Shown: piece by piece, positions 45,815 to 57,264 of the stretch | Layout of the letters: each line of letters starts with the position of its first letter | Numbering within the stretch: position 1 is the first letter of the stretch | Assembly (NCBI RefSeq): GCF_009914755.1 | Contig: NC_060932.1 | Length of the DNA: 64,000 nucleotides | Direction: 5' to 3' (one strand) | From: the human T2T-CHM13v2.0 reference genome, Homo sapiens | Program-made: the position numbers and the translations under genes | Notes under the pieces: model-generated | The model's database searches: none | Seen by the model: only the letters and a program-made list of their open reading frames with translations | Told to the model about the DNA's origin: nothing

Positions 45815-45965
45815 TGACATTCTATATGAAAATGTGTGTGTGTATGTGCAAATTTATTAGAATGATTATGAAAAATATGTAAGCATTCTGACATTCTATA
45901 TGAAAATGTGTGTATGTATGTTCAAATTTATTAGAATGATTATGAAAAAATATGTAAGCATTCTG
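45815..45965. repeat. 74-bp tandem duplication
   Basis: tgacattctatatgaaaatgtgtg...tatgtaagcattc x2, with 2 substitutions and a 1-nt indel. Confidence 0.95.
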
Positions 45966-46304
45966 GATCACTTTATATTCATGAATAGTCATGCATTATT
46001 AACCAAAGATAGAGGTTTGTGTTTATGAATCTACTGGCATAAAATACCCAGCATATTAATTTAATTCTTTCAGGTTAAAGAGAAAATAAAAAAGAAAGAC
46101 AATATGTAAGTGGTGTGTTTATGTCTGATCAAGTAAAACAAAACTGATATCATGGTGAGTTGTAACATCAACGTGTATGTGATTCTTTTTTAAATATTAG
46201 GAGTTAGAAAAGTAGTGAGGAAATAAAACCATGTGACAAAAAGAAGTAAAATGTCAAAATATAAACAACCTCCCAATTAGAGGTCTTTGCCATGTTTATG
46301 TAAT

Positions 46305-46392
46305 CTTCCTTTTTCTTTCCTTTCTTTCTTTCCTTTCTTTCTTCCTTTTCCTTCCTTCCTTCCTTCCTTCCTTCCTTCCTTCCTTCCTTCCT

Positions 46393-46432
<40 letters not shown>

Positions 46433-46514
46433 TCCTTCCTGCCTTCCTGCCTTCCTGCCTGCCTTCCTGCCTGCCTTCCTGCCTGTCTTCCTGCCTTCCT
46501 GCCTTCCTTCCTCT
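46305..46514. repeat. Compound (TTTC)/(CTTC)n/(CCTG)n microsatellite in an Alu tail
   Basis: Directly abuts the 3' end of the antisense AluJ. Confidence 0.95.
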
Positions 46515-46816
46515 TTTTGGAGACAGGGTCTCCCTCTGTCACTCAGGTTAGAGCGCCTCATGGTGTGATCACTGTTCACTGCAGCCTTGACCTCCTGGGC
46601 TCAGGTGATCCTCCCACCTCAGCCTCCAGGGTAGCTGGAACTACAGGTACAGGTATACACCACCACATCCAGCTAATTTTTTGTTATTTTCTTTTTTGTA
46701 GAGATGAGGTTCGCCATGTCGTCCAGGTTGGTCTTGAACTCCTGGGTTCGAGCAATCTGCCTGCCTTGGTCTCCTGAAGTGCTGGGATTACAGGCATAAG
46801 CCACCATGCCCAGCCC
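46515..46816 (-). mobile_element. AluJ
   Basis: gagacagggtctc...cactgcagccttgacctcctgggctcag; degenerate TSD atgtaat(g)cttc. Confidence 0.9.
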
Positions 46817-47819
46817 ATGTAATGCTTCAACCAGGCATTTATTTTTTATTTCAGCAAAACAATTTTATGAATCTCATTAATGTTTAAATTTTATTGGCTT
46901 TATGGTCTATTTCTATTATAAATTTTGTTTGATTTTATAATTGACTCAATAATTTATGCTTAATTTTCTTTACAAATGATAATACAGCTTAGAGCTTTCA
47001 ACTTTTCTTCACCCTTTGAATACAACCCTTTGGAATCAACTATGGGTTATACCACAAGATACTTCAGGATAACACTTTGTGAACAAGGGTTAGTTTCTTA
47101 ACTATTTTGTGTTCCAATTTCTTTATGTGTAAAAATGAGGATGCTTATGTGAACAATACAGGCTGTGTAAAGAGTCCATGAGGTCATGAAAGCATCATAC
47201 TTGCCAAGCTGAAAAGTGAGGCAGAATTCAGTGGAAAACATGAGAAGTGAAATTCTAGGTGTCCAATAAACACAATTTGAATCCAAATGCCTGATATAAG
47301 TCAATGAATGAACAAATAAACCTTAATTCAACCAGACTAGACTGTACCTTGGTTATAAGATTTGTTTATTCATTTCTATATATTAATAATGTATTGAATG
47401 TCTCTTATGCGCCAGGACTACCCTAGACATGGGGGATATATAGATAAGTGAGACAGAGTTTGCCACCTCAAAGTGCTCTAAGACAAGTGAACAAATGGTT
47501 ATAACATAGGGTAGTAATTACAATAAGAGGATAGAAGAGACAGTTGTGTGAACAAAAGGAGGGTGTTGCATACGTGGAATGTGAGGATGACCAGGAAGAA
47601 TTCAGGGAGAGAATAGTACTCGAGTTTGGTCTTGAAGGAGAAGTAGGAAGTATTCATTTCAGGAAAGAGATGTCCTAGGCAGATGGAACAGCCAGTGTGG
47701 AGACATAGGGTGGGTGTAAGAGTATAGTGTCTTCCGGAAGACCCATGTAGTTCAGGATGGCTGGAGCACAGGATATAAGAGGAGGAGAAGGAAGAGATGA
47801 AGCTCAAGACGTGGGCAGG

Positions 47820-48286
47820 TGTGGCAGGCAGGTTAATGCCTCCTTCCCCAAAATAGATGTCCACATCCTCACATCCTTATCTCCAGAACCTGTAATTATG
47901 TTTCTACATATGGCACAAGAGATTTTGTAAACATGGTTAAATTAAGGAGCATATGGCTGGGCCCAAAGTAACTACAAAGATTCTTATAAGTAAAAGAAGG
48001 AGGTAGATGAGATAGACAGGCAGAGAGAGAAACAGAGAAAGAGAGAGAGACTATACTGTGGATCAAGGGATGTTGGTAGCCTCTAGAAGCTGAACAAACT
48101 TCAAGCCCACTAATTCTTCTCTAGAGCCTCCAGAAGGAAAGCAGCCCTGCGGATACCTTGATTTGAGTCAAGTAGGGCTTATGCCAAACTTCTAATCTCC
48201 AGAATTGCAAGATTTGAAACATTGTTTGGTTTTAAGCCGCTACTGTGTGGTTATTTCTTACAACAGCAACAGGAAACTACTTAACA
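47820..48286 (+). mobile_element. MLT1D-like solo LTR
   Basis: tgtggcaggcagg...aggaaactacttaaca; perfect 5-bp TSD gcagg (47815-47819 / 48287-48291). Confidence 0.85.
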
Positions 48287-48360
48287 GCAGGCGACAGGGT
48301 ACACGTAAAGCCCTATTTTCTTTCTAAGGAACAGAAATTTTCTTTCCATGCAGTAGGAAG

Positions 48361-49354
48361 TGAAGGCAGCCAGCACCTCCACACCTGTGGGTATTTCTTG
48401 TCAGGTGGCACGAGAGACTGAGAAAAGAAATAAGACACAGAGAAAAAGTACAGAGAAAGAACAGTGGGCCCACGGGATCGGCGCTCAGCATACGGAGGAC
48501 CCGCACCAGCACTGGTCTCTGAATTCCCTCAGTATTTATTGATTACTATTTTCACTATCTCAGCAAGGGGAATGCGGCAGGAGAACAGGGTGATAGTGGG
48601 GAGAAGGTCAGCAGGAAAACATGAGCAAAGGAATCTGTGACACAAATAAGTTTAAGGGAAGGTACTATGTCAGGATGTGCACATAGGCCAGATTTATGCT
48701 TCTCTCTACCCAAACATCTTAGTGTATAGTAAAGAGTAACAGAGTAGCATTGCCACAGTATATCTCGCCTCCAGCCACAGGGCGGTTTTCTCCTATCTCA
48801 GAATAGAACTAATGTACGATTGGGTTTTACAATGAGACATTCCGTTCCCAGGGGCACATAGGAGACGGAGGCCTTCCTCTTATCTCAACTGCAAGAAGCC
48901 TTTCTCTTTTACTAATCCTCCTCAGCACAGATCCTTTACTGGTGTTGGGCTGTGGGACCGTCAGGTCTTTCCCTTCCCACAAGGCCATATCTCAGGCTGT
49001 CTCAGTGGGCAGAAACCTTGGTCAATACCCAGGCTTTCTTGGGCAGAGGTCCCTGCGGCTTTCTGCAGTGCGTTTTGCCCCTGGTTAGTAGAGAATGGAG
49101 AATGGTGATGACTTTTACCAGGCATACTGCCTGCAAACATATTATTAACAAGGCATAACTTGCACAGCCCTAGATCCCTTAAACCTTGATTCAATACAGC
49201 ACATGTTTCTGTGAGCACAGGGTTGGGGCTTAAGTTACAGATTAACAGCATCTCAAAGCAGAACAATTTTTTTTAGTACAGATCAAAATGGAGTTTCTTA
49301 TGTCTTCCTTTTCTACATAGACACAATAACGGTCTGAGCTTTCTTTTCCCTACA
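48361..49354 (-). mobile_element. HERV-K(HML-2) LTR5 (older LTR5B/5A type), complete
   Basis: Minus strand reads tgtagggaaaagaaag...gtgtggaggtgctggctgccttca, 994 bp; polyA signal at 48535-48540. Confidence 0.95.
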
Positions 49355-49366
49355 TGGGAAAATAAG

Positions 49367-49566
49367 TTTCAGCAAAACAATTTTATGAATCTCATTAATG
49401 TTTAAATTTTATTGGCTTTATGGTCTATTTCTATTATAAATTTTATTTGATTTTATAATTGACTCAATAATTTATGCTTAATTTTCTTTACAAATGATAA
49501 TACAGCTTAGAGCTTTCAACTTTTCTTCACCTTTTGAATACAACCCATTGGAATCAACTATGGGTT
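49367..49566 (+). repeat. 200-bp dispersed duplicate of 46849-47048
   Basis: Direct copy; 3 substitutions and no indels counted by eye. Confidence 0.97.
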
Positions 49567-49567
49567 G

Positions 49568-49645
49568 ATGGCAGTTTTGTCAAAAAGAAAAGGGGGATGT
49601 GTGGGGAAAAGAAAGAGAGATCAGACTGTTACTGTGTCTATGTAG
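49568..49645 (+). pseudogene. env: HML-2 env C-terminal remnant including the polypurine tract
   Basis: Translates [25 protein letters not shown], matching the recalled HML-2 Env tail [25 protein letters not shown]; PPT aaaaagaaaagggggatg. Confidence 0.9.
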
Positions 49646-50598
49646 AAAAGGAAGACATAAGAAACTCCATTTTGATCTCTACCCTGAACAACTGTTTTGC
49701 CTTTAGATGCTGTTAATCTGTAACTTTAGCCCCAACCCTGTACTCACAGAAACATGTGTTGTATAGAATCAAGGTTTAAGGGATCTAGGGCTGTGCAGGA
49801 TATGCCTTGTTAATAATATGTTTACAGGCAGTATGCTTGGTAAAAGTCATCACCATTCTCCATTCTCGATTAACCAGGGGCAAAATGCACTGCAGAAAGC
49901 TGCAGGGACTTCTGCCCAAGAAAGCCTGGGTATTGTCCAAGGTTTCTCCCCTCTGAGACAGCCTGAGATGTGGCCTCGTGGGAAGGGAAAGACCTGATCG
50001 TCCCCCAGCCCGACACCTGTAAAGGGTCTGTGCTGAGAAGGATTAGTAAAAAAGAAAGGCCTCTTGCAGTTGAGATAAGAGAAAGGCCTCCATCTCCTAC
50101 ATGTCCCTGGGAACAGAACGTCTCCTTGTAAAACCCGATCATACATTCGTTCTATTCTGAGATAGGAGAAAAACCACCCTGTGGCTGGAGGTGAGATATG
50201 CTGGCGGCAATGCTGCTCTGTTACTTTTTGCTACACTAAGACGTTTGGGTGGAGAGAAGCATAAATCTGGCCTACGTGCACATCCAGACATAGCACCTTC
50301 CCTTAAACTTATTTATGACAGATTCCTTTGCTCACATGTTTTCTTGCTGACCTTCTCCCCACTATTACCCTGTTCTCCTGCCGCATTCCCCTTGCTGAGA
50401 TAGTAAAAGTAGTAATCAATAAATACTGAGGGAATTCAGAGACCGGTGCCGGTGCGGGTAGTCCCTATGTTGAGCGCCGGTCCCCTGGGCCCACTGTGCT
50501 TTCTCTATACTTTTTTCTCTGTGTCTTATTTATTCTCTCAGTCTCTCATTCCACCTGAAAAGAAATACCCACCTGTGTGGAGGGGCTGGCCCCCTTCA
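49600..50598 (+). mobile_element. HERV-K(HML-2) LTR5 (older LTR5B/5A type), complete 3' LTR
   Basis: tgtggggaaaagaaagagagatcag...ggggctggcccccttca, 999 bp; aataaa at 50418-50423. Confidence 0.95.
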
Positions 50599-50964
50599 AG
50601 GAAGAGACTGCGGGATTTTGAGACAGAAGGTGATTTTTATTTTTTAAGTGCTTATTCTGACTGACGTGAAGAAGATGGAATGGAAGGAGCGGAGGCAAGG
50701 AGAGCAACTCCAAGGCCATGTTAATAATTTAGGAGGGGTATTGTGCAGGCATAGCTTGCCTTATTGTGCATCTCTTTACGGCATTTCACAGATATTACAT
50801 ATTTTACTAATGGAAGGTTCGTAGCAATCCTGAGGCAAGCAAATCTATTTGCACCATTTTTCCAAAAGCACATACTCACTTCATGTCCCTATCACATTTT
50901 TTTTAATTCTTGCAATATTTCAAACTTTATTATTATATCTGTTATGGTGATCTGTGATCAGTGA

Positions 50965-51280
<316 letters not shown>

Positions 51281-51504
51281 GATCAGTGATCTTTGATGTT
51301 TCTATTGTAATCACAGTACAATAGAACATGGTTTTTGTGGCACCACAAACCATGTTCACATAAGATAGCAAACTTAATCAGTAAGTGTTGGGTGTTCTGA
51401 CTATTCCACCAACTGTACTTTCCCCCATCTCTCTCCATCTCCTTGGGCCTCCCTATTCTCTGAGACACAACGATATTAAAATTAGGCCAATTAAGAAACT
51501 TACA

Positions 51505-52838
51505 ATGACCTCTAACTTTTCAAGTGAAAGGAAGAGTTCCATCTCTCTCACTTTCAATCAAAGGCTAGACATGATTAAGCTTACTGAGGAAGGCATGCCC
51601 AAAGCCAGGATCAGCCAAAAACTGGGATTCTTGTTCCAAAGAGTTGGCCAAGTTGTGAATGCAAAATAAAATTCTTGAAGGAAATTAAAAGTGCTAGTCG
51701 AGTGAACATATGAACCATAAGAAAATGAAACAGGCTTCTTGCTGATATGGAGAAAGTTTTAGTGATTTGGATGGAAGATCAAACCAGCTACAAGGCCTAA
51801 TCCAGAGCAAATCCTTAAATCTCTTAAATTCTCTGAAAGCTGAGAGAGAAAATGAAACTTCAGAAGAAACGTCTAAATCTAATAGAGGTTGGTTCATGAC
51901 GTTTAAAGGAAAGAAGTTGACTCTATTTAACACAAAAGTGCAAGGTGAAGTAGCAAGTGCTGATGGAGAGGCTGCAGCAAGTCATCCAGAAGACCTAGCT
52001 AAGATCATCGATGAAAGTAGCTACTCTAAACAACACATTTTCAATGCAGATGAAACACCCTTCTGTTGGAAGAAGATGCTATCTAGGACTTTCATAGTTA
52101 GAGGGGAGAAGTCAATGCCGGGCTTCAAATAATCAAAGGACAGGATGACCCTCTTGTTAGGGGCTAATGCTGCTGAAACCAACACTCATTTCCCATTCTG
52201 AAAATCTTAGGGCCCTTAAGAATGTTGTTAAATCTACTCTCCCTGTGCTCTATAAATAGAAGACCAATGCCTGGATGAAAGCATATCTGTTTACAGCACT
52301 GTTTACTGAATATTTGAGGCCCACTGTTGAGACCTACTGCTAAGAAAAAGATTTCTTTCAAAATATTACTGCTCTTGGACAATGAACCTGGTCATCCAAG
52401 AGCTCTGATGGGGACATACAAGGAGATAGATGTTGTTTCCATGCCTGCTATCACGGCATCCATTCTGCAGTCCATGGATCAAGGAGTCATTTTGACTTGC
52501 AAGTCTTATTATTTAAGAAATACATTTTGTAAAGCTGTAGCTGCCATAGATGGTGATTCCTCTGATGGATCTGGGTGAAGTAAATTGGAACCTTTTGTAA
52601 AGGATTTACCATTCTAGATGCTATTAAGGAAATCCATGATGCATAGGAGGAAGTCAAAATATCCACATTAATAGGAATTTGTAGGAAGTTGATTCCAGCT
52701 CTCGAGGATGACTATAAGGAGTTCAAGACTTCAGTGGAGGAGGTAACTGCAGATATGATAGAAATAGCAGGAAAACTAAAATTGGAAGTGAAGCCTGAAG
52801 ATGTGACTGAATTCCTGCAATCTCATGATCAAACTTGA
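51505..52838 (+). pseudogene. Decayed Tigger1 (pogo-family) transposase
   Basis: Fragments MTSNFSSERKS..., [41 protein letters not shown]; multiple stops and frameshifts. Confidence 0.93.
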
Positions 52839-53290
52839 ATAGATGAGGAGCGCTTCTTATGGATGAGCAAAGAAAGTGGTTTCTTGAGATGGAATCTACT
52901 CATCATGAAGATGTGTGAACATTGTTGAGATGACAGCAAAGAATTTAGAATATTACATCAACATAGTTGATAAAGCAGTGGCAACATTTTGAGGAGATGA
53001 ACTTCAATTTTAAAAGAAGTTCGACTGTGGGCAAAATGCCATCAAACAGCATCATATGCTACAGAGAAATCTTTCATGAAAGAGTTAGTCAATGTAGAAA
53101 ACTTCACTGTTCTTTTATTTTAAAAAATTGCCAAAGCCATCCCAGCCTTCGGCAACCACCAACCCCATCAGTCAGCAGCCATCAGCATCCAGGCAAAGCC
53201 CTCAACCAGCAAAAAGACTCCAACTTGCTGAAGGTTCAGATCATCCTTAGAAATTTTTAGCAATCAAGTATTTTTTATATGCACATTATT

Positions 53291-53746
53291 GTTATTATTA
53301 TTTTTATTATACTTTAAGTTCTAGGGTACTTGTGCACAACATGCATGTTTGTTACATATGTATATATGTGCCATGTTGGTGTGCTGCACCTATTAACTCA
53401 TTTTCATTAGGTATTTCTCCTAATGGTATCCCTCTCCCCAGCCCATGACAGGCCCCGGTGTGTAATGCTCCCCACCCTGTGTCCAAGTGATCTCATTGTT
53501 CAATTCCCCCCATGAGTGAGAACATGTGGTGTTTGGTTTTCTGTCCTTGCAATAGTTTGCTCAGAATGATGGTTTCCAGCTTCATCTATGTCTCTACAAA
53601 GGACACGAACTCATCTTTTTCTATGGCTGCATAGTATTCCATGGTGTATATGTGCCACATTTTCTTAATCCAGTCTATCATTTATGGACATTTGGGTTGG
53701 TTCCAAGTCTTTGCTACTGTGAATAGTGCCACAATAAACATACATG
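53291..53746 (-). mobile_element. L1PA (PA5-like) 3' fragment inserted in Tigger1
   Basis: ttatactttaagttctagggtac...; perfect 15-bp TSD tatatgcacattatt (53276-53290 / 53747-53761). Confidence 0.93.
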
Positions 53747-54609
53747 TATATGCACATTATTTTTTAGACATAATATTATTGCATAGTAAATAGACTACAG
53801 TATCGTGTAAACATAACTTTTATATGCACTGGGAAACCAAAATTTCATGTGACTGACTACTGCATTGATCTAGAACCAAAACCACAATATCTCCAAAGTA
53901 TGCCAAAGTATTGCTTGCAGAAATTAACAATACATATACTTTATTAAATAATAAATACCTGTACATCAAGTAAATACTTTAAATTTAAGTGAAATTAAAT
54001 AGCTAGCTTACATAGAAAAGTTTTCAGATTTTCCTTTTAGGAGGACTGTGGTTCATGGCCGTCCAAACTCAAAAGTCCTTACATTTCCAACAATAAGATG
54101 TGGGCTAAATAACACTATTAAAACATTCATTAAAAATCACAACTATATATACATATAGACATGTAAAGATAAGTTTTTTCTTGGTTATAACACAGTTTTA
54201 ACTTAGAAGAGGGTAATAAATACTATATATAATCATCATATTTAGAATACATTTATAGAATAATTATATGCATTTGTATATATACATAGCTAAAAAGTCT
54301 CAAGGGAAATACGTAAGTATGTTAATGTTGGACATCTCTGGAGATAAGCATTAGAGTAGATAAGCATCTTTCTACTCAATGACTTACCATATGTATGATT
54401 TACCTGGGGAGTGGAGGGATCCTGACCTTTTTTCATAACAAGAATTTATGCTTATTTAGAGGAACAAAAGCCCCTCAGAAAGTCTTTGTCTTTATCTTTA
54501 TCTTACTTCATATTCTATAGTGCTTGAGAGTTTACAATGACTTAATTTTTTACTCCACTGAAGCCCAAAAGGTGAGGACAAATTATTTAAAGATCCACAA
54601 CATGTTTGA

Positions 54610-54948
<339 letters not shown>

Positions 54949-55631
54949 ACTATTTTCAACAGGATAAGTATAAAGATAATGCTGATGACCAGTAGTAACA
55001 CTATTTCTCAGTAATCACAATTGCACTCAGGATTATAACAAGAATAAGAGCTTCTGTAATCATTTATATTTATGATGGTTACTTGGTTGGTACCTTTTAG
55101 TCTGATACTGCCTTTCTTTTTTCTGGTTAGGGACAATCAACCAAAATAGAGAGGGAATCATAGAAGGAAGAGTGAAAGAGTAAGAAGACCAAGAGATGCA
55201 CATTGCTGTGGCCCTGTCTGTGAGCTGTCAGGACTTGGTTCCTGTTGGACATCTTGGAAAATGTGCAGAACAGCTCCTAGAATTGTTCACCTGAAATGAT
55301 GACTGGAGTATGTACCCACAGGCTTGGCAGCTATCATTTGAGGGTTTCCTCATGAATGAATTGGTGCAGAGGACTGAGCTGGGCTTTCAGGTGGACCAAG
55401 AGAACTTCTATAGATTTAGCAATGGTCCAGAGGCAGAACTGAGGAAGATAGATGTTCAGGTCACTTTTCAGGTGAGAAGCTCAGGATGAATCTTCACACA
55501 GATCTGTGTGCAGCTGTACCTAGAGCAAATGTCAGTGAAGGCGTGGGATATTCTCTAGAGGTGTTATGTAGTAGCAGGTGGTGCTCTGCCCAATTCTTAG
55601 ACCTTCCCATTTCTGTGCACAGAAGCCCACA

Positions 55632-55769
55632 AGCTGCATTCTGTTTGTTTGTTTGTTTGATTGGGTCCAGCTGCATTAGGGCTAGGGGCCAGCTGCATTC
55701 TGTTTGTTTGTTTGATTGGGTCCAGCTGCATTAGGGCTAGGGGCCAGCTGCATTCTGTTTGTTTGTTTG
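55632..55769. repeat. 55-59-bp tandem repeat, about 2.4 copies
   Basis: agctgcattc(tgtt)n tgattgggtccagctgcattagggctaggggcc. Confidence 0.92.
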
Positions 55770-56154
55770 TGGTGGTGTTTTCATTGTAGGTCTGAGGGGT
55801 TTTCACACCACTCTGCTGATGTGAAAAACAAGCTAGGAATGCCTAGAAATTAATGCCACCAAATCCCCAGGAGTGCCCCTCTCCACCAATGACTGATGGA
55901 AGTTGACCTATAAAGGCACCAGGTTTTTTCTTTTTTTCTATTTTGGAGGGTAAGAGTGAAGTTTGTGGTCTACATTGGAACTCAAAGTTGCACACTGGGA
56001 TGAAGCTCGGTGTTGCCCATAGCAATGCCTTGGCGGAAAACTCACACTTGATTGACTGCTTTCTCTTTTCTTTCTCATTTCCCCATCCCTCTACTTGGGT
56101 TGCATGAAATCATCTTCCAAATACATTATTTTTATTTGAAAATTTTTTTAAAAT

Positions 56155-56254
56155 TTAATTTTATTATTATTATACTTTAAGTTTTAGGGTACATGTGCAC
56201 AATGTGCAGGTTAGTTACATATGTATACATGTGCCATGCTGGTGTGCTGCACCC
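56155..56254 (-). mobile_element. Very short young L1PA (PA2/3-like) 3' end
   Basis: ttatactttaagttttagggtacatgtgcacaatgtgcaggttagttacat. Confidence 0.88.
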
Positions 56255-56269
56255 GTTATTTTTTAATTA

Positions 56270-56510
56270 AATTTTTTTATTTCAATAGCTTTTGGGGTAC
56301 AAATGGTTTTTGGTTACATGGATGAATTATATAGTGGTGAATTCTGAGATTTTAGTGTACCTATCACCCAAGCAGTATAAGTTGTATCCAAACTGTAGGT
56401 TTTTTATCCCACACTCCCCTTCCAGCCTCTCCCTTCTGAGTCTCTCAAGTCCATTATATCACTCTGTATGCTTTTGAGTACTCAGCTTAGCTCCCAATTA
56501 TAAGTGAGAA
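56270..56510 (-). mobile_element. L1PB 3' end
   Basis: tttcaatagcttttggggtacaaatggtttttggttacatggatgaatt. Confidence 0.85.
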
Positions 56511-56862
56511 TTTTTCTTTGAATTCTTATCCCAATTCTTAAGTCAAGATATATTCACCACACATTTTGAGTGGAATTATTTCTAATGTAAAGATTAATTT
56601 GGGTGCTCTTGGTTGGCATCTTTAAAATAATCTTCCAATCTGTGTTTCTTGGGATCACCTCTCAATCAATGCTTTCATTTGAATTATTATGCCAGAATCA
56701 AAACATATTTGCTATGTATTTTGATTGGAATTATATGAACCTGTAAATTCATATTTGAGTGTTCTTGGAAACTTTAAACTATAGATTTTCAATTCTGTAA
56801 ATAGGATGTATTGTTTCATTTATGTAAATAGCCTTCTGGTATTTATTTATTTATAGGTATGG

Positions 56863-57264
56863 TGTTTGGTGGGCAGCCTCCAAGAAGATCCCCTGTGATC
56901 CCCATTTTCTGTTATACGCACCCTGGTGTAGTCACCCCCTCTCCCTCATTTTACCAAAGTAGTTCTCATCCCTTGCTCTGAGCAGAGTCAGCTGTCACGT
57001 GTGAACACACTCAGACAGGCTATAGAGAGGCCCACTTGCCGACAGACTGAAGGCATCCAGTCATCCCCTGCCTGAGCCTTAGGTGCCTGCAGGCCGGGCC
57101 TATGTTTTGGCTGAGACATCATGAGAGACCCTGAGTCAGAACCACCCAGCTAAGCCATGCTTGGGTTCCTGACCCACAGAAACTATGAAGGTCATTTAAA
57201 CATTTGTAGTTTTAAGCTTCTAAGTTTTGTAGTAATTTGTTATACCATAATAGATAACAAATGC
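56863..57264 (+). mobile_element. MLT1E/F-like LTR
   Basis: ggtgggcagcctccaag...tgagtcagaaccacccagctaagcc...taatagataac. Confidence 0.75.

Larger units (their letters stand above)
47345..50740. mobile_element. L2 relic hosting MLT1D and the LTR5 composite
   Basis: tattgaatgtctcttatgcgccagg...; L2-like text resumes across both insertions (catgcagtaggaag|agactgcgggattttgag). Confidence 0.7.

Noticed and set aside
46204-46777. GRQA/GRKE repeat ORFs
   Set aside because: Tetranucleotide microsatellite plus Alu
48361-50598. SVA element, or an assembly artefact, as explanation of the LTR5 pair
   Set aside because: No CCCTCT hexamer, VNTR or poly(A), and the LTRs are full length. The arms differ by several percent and the 200-bp copy has 3 substitutions, which argues against read duplication, though long-read confirmation is still advisable.
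51385-52578. Functional TIGD-like domesticated transposase gene
   Set aside because: Reading frame is broken by several stops and frameshifts and sits within a TIR-bounded Tigger1
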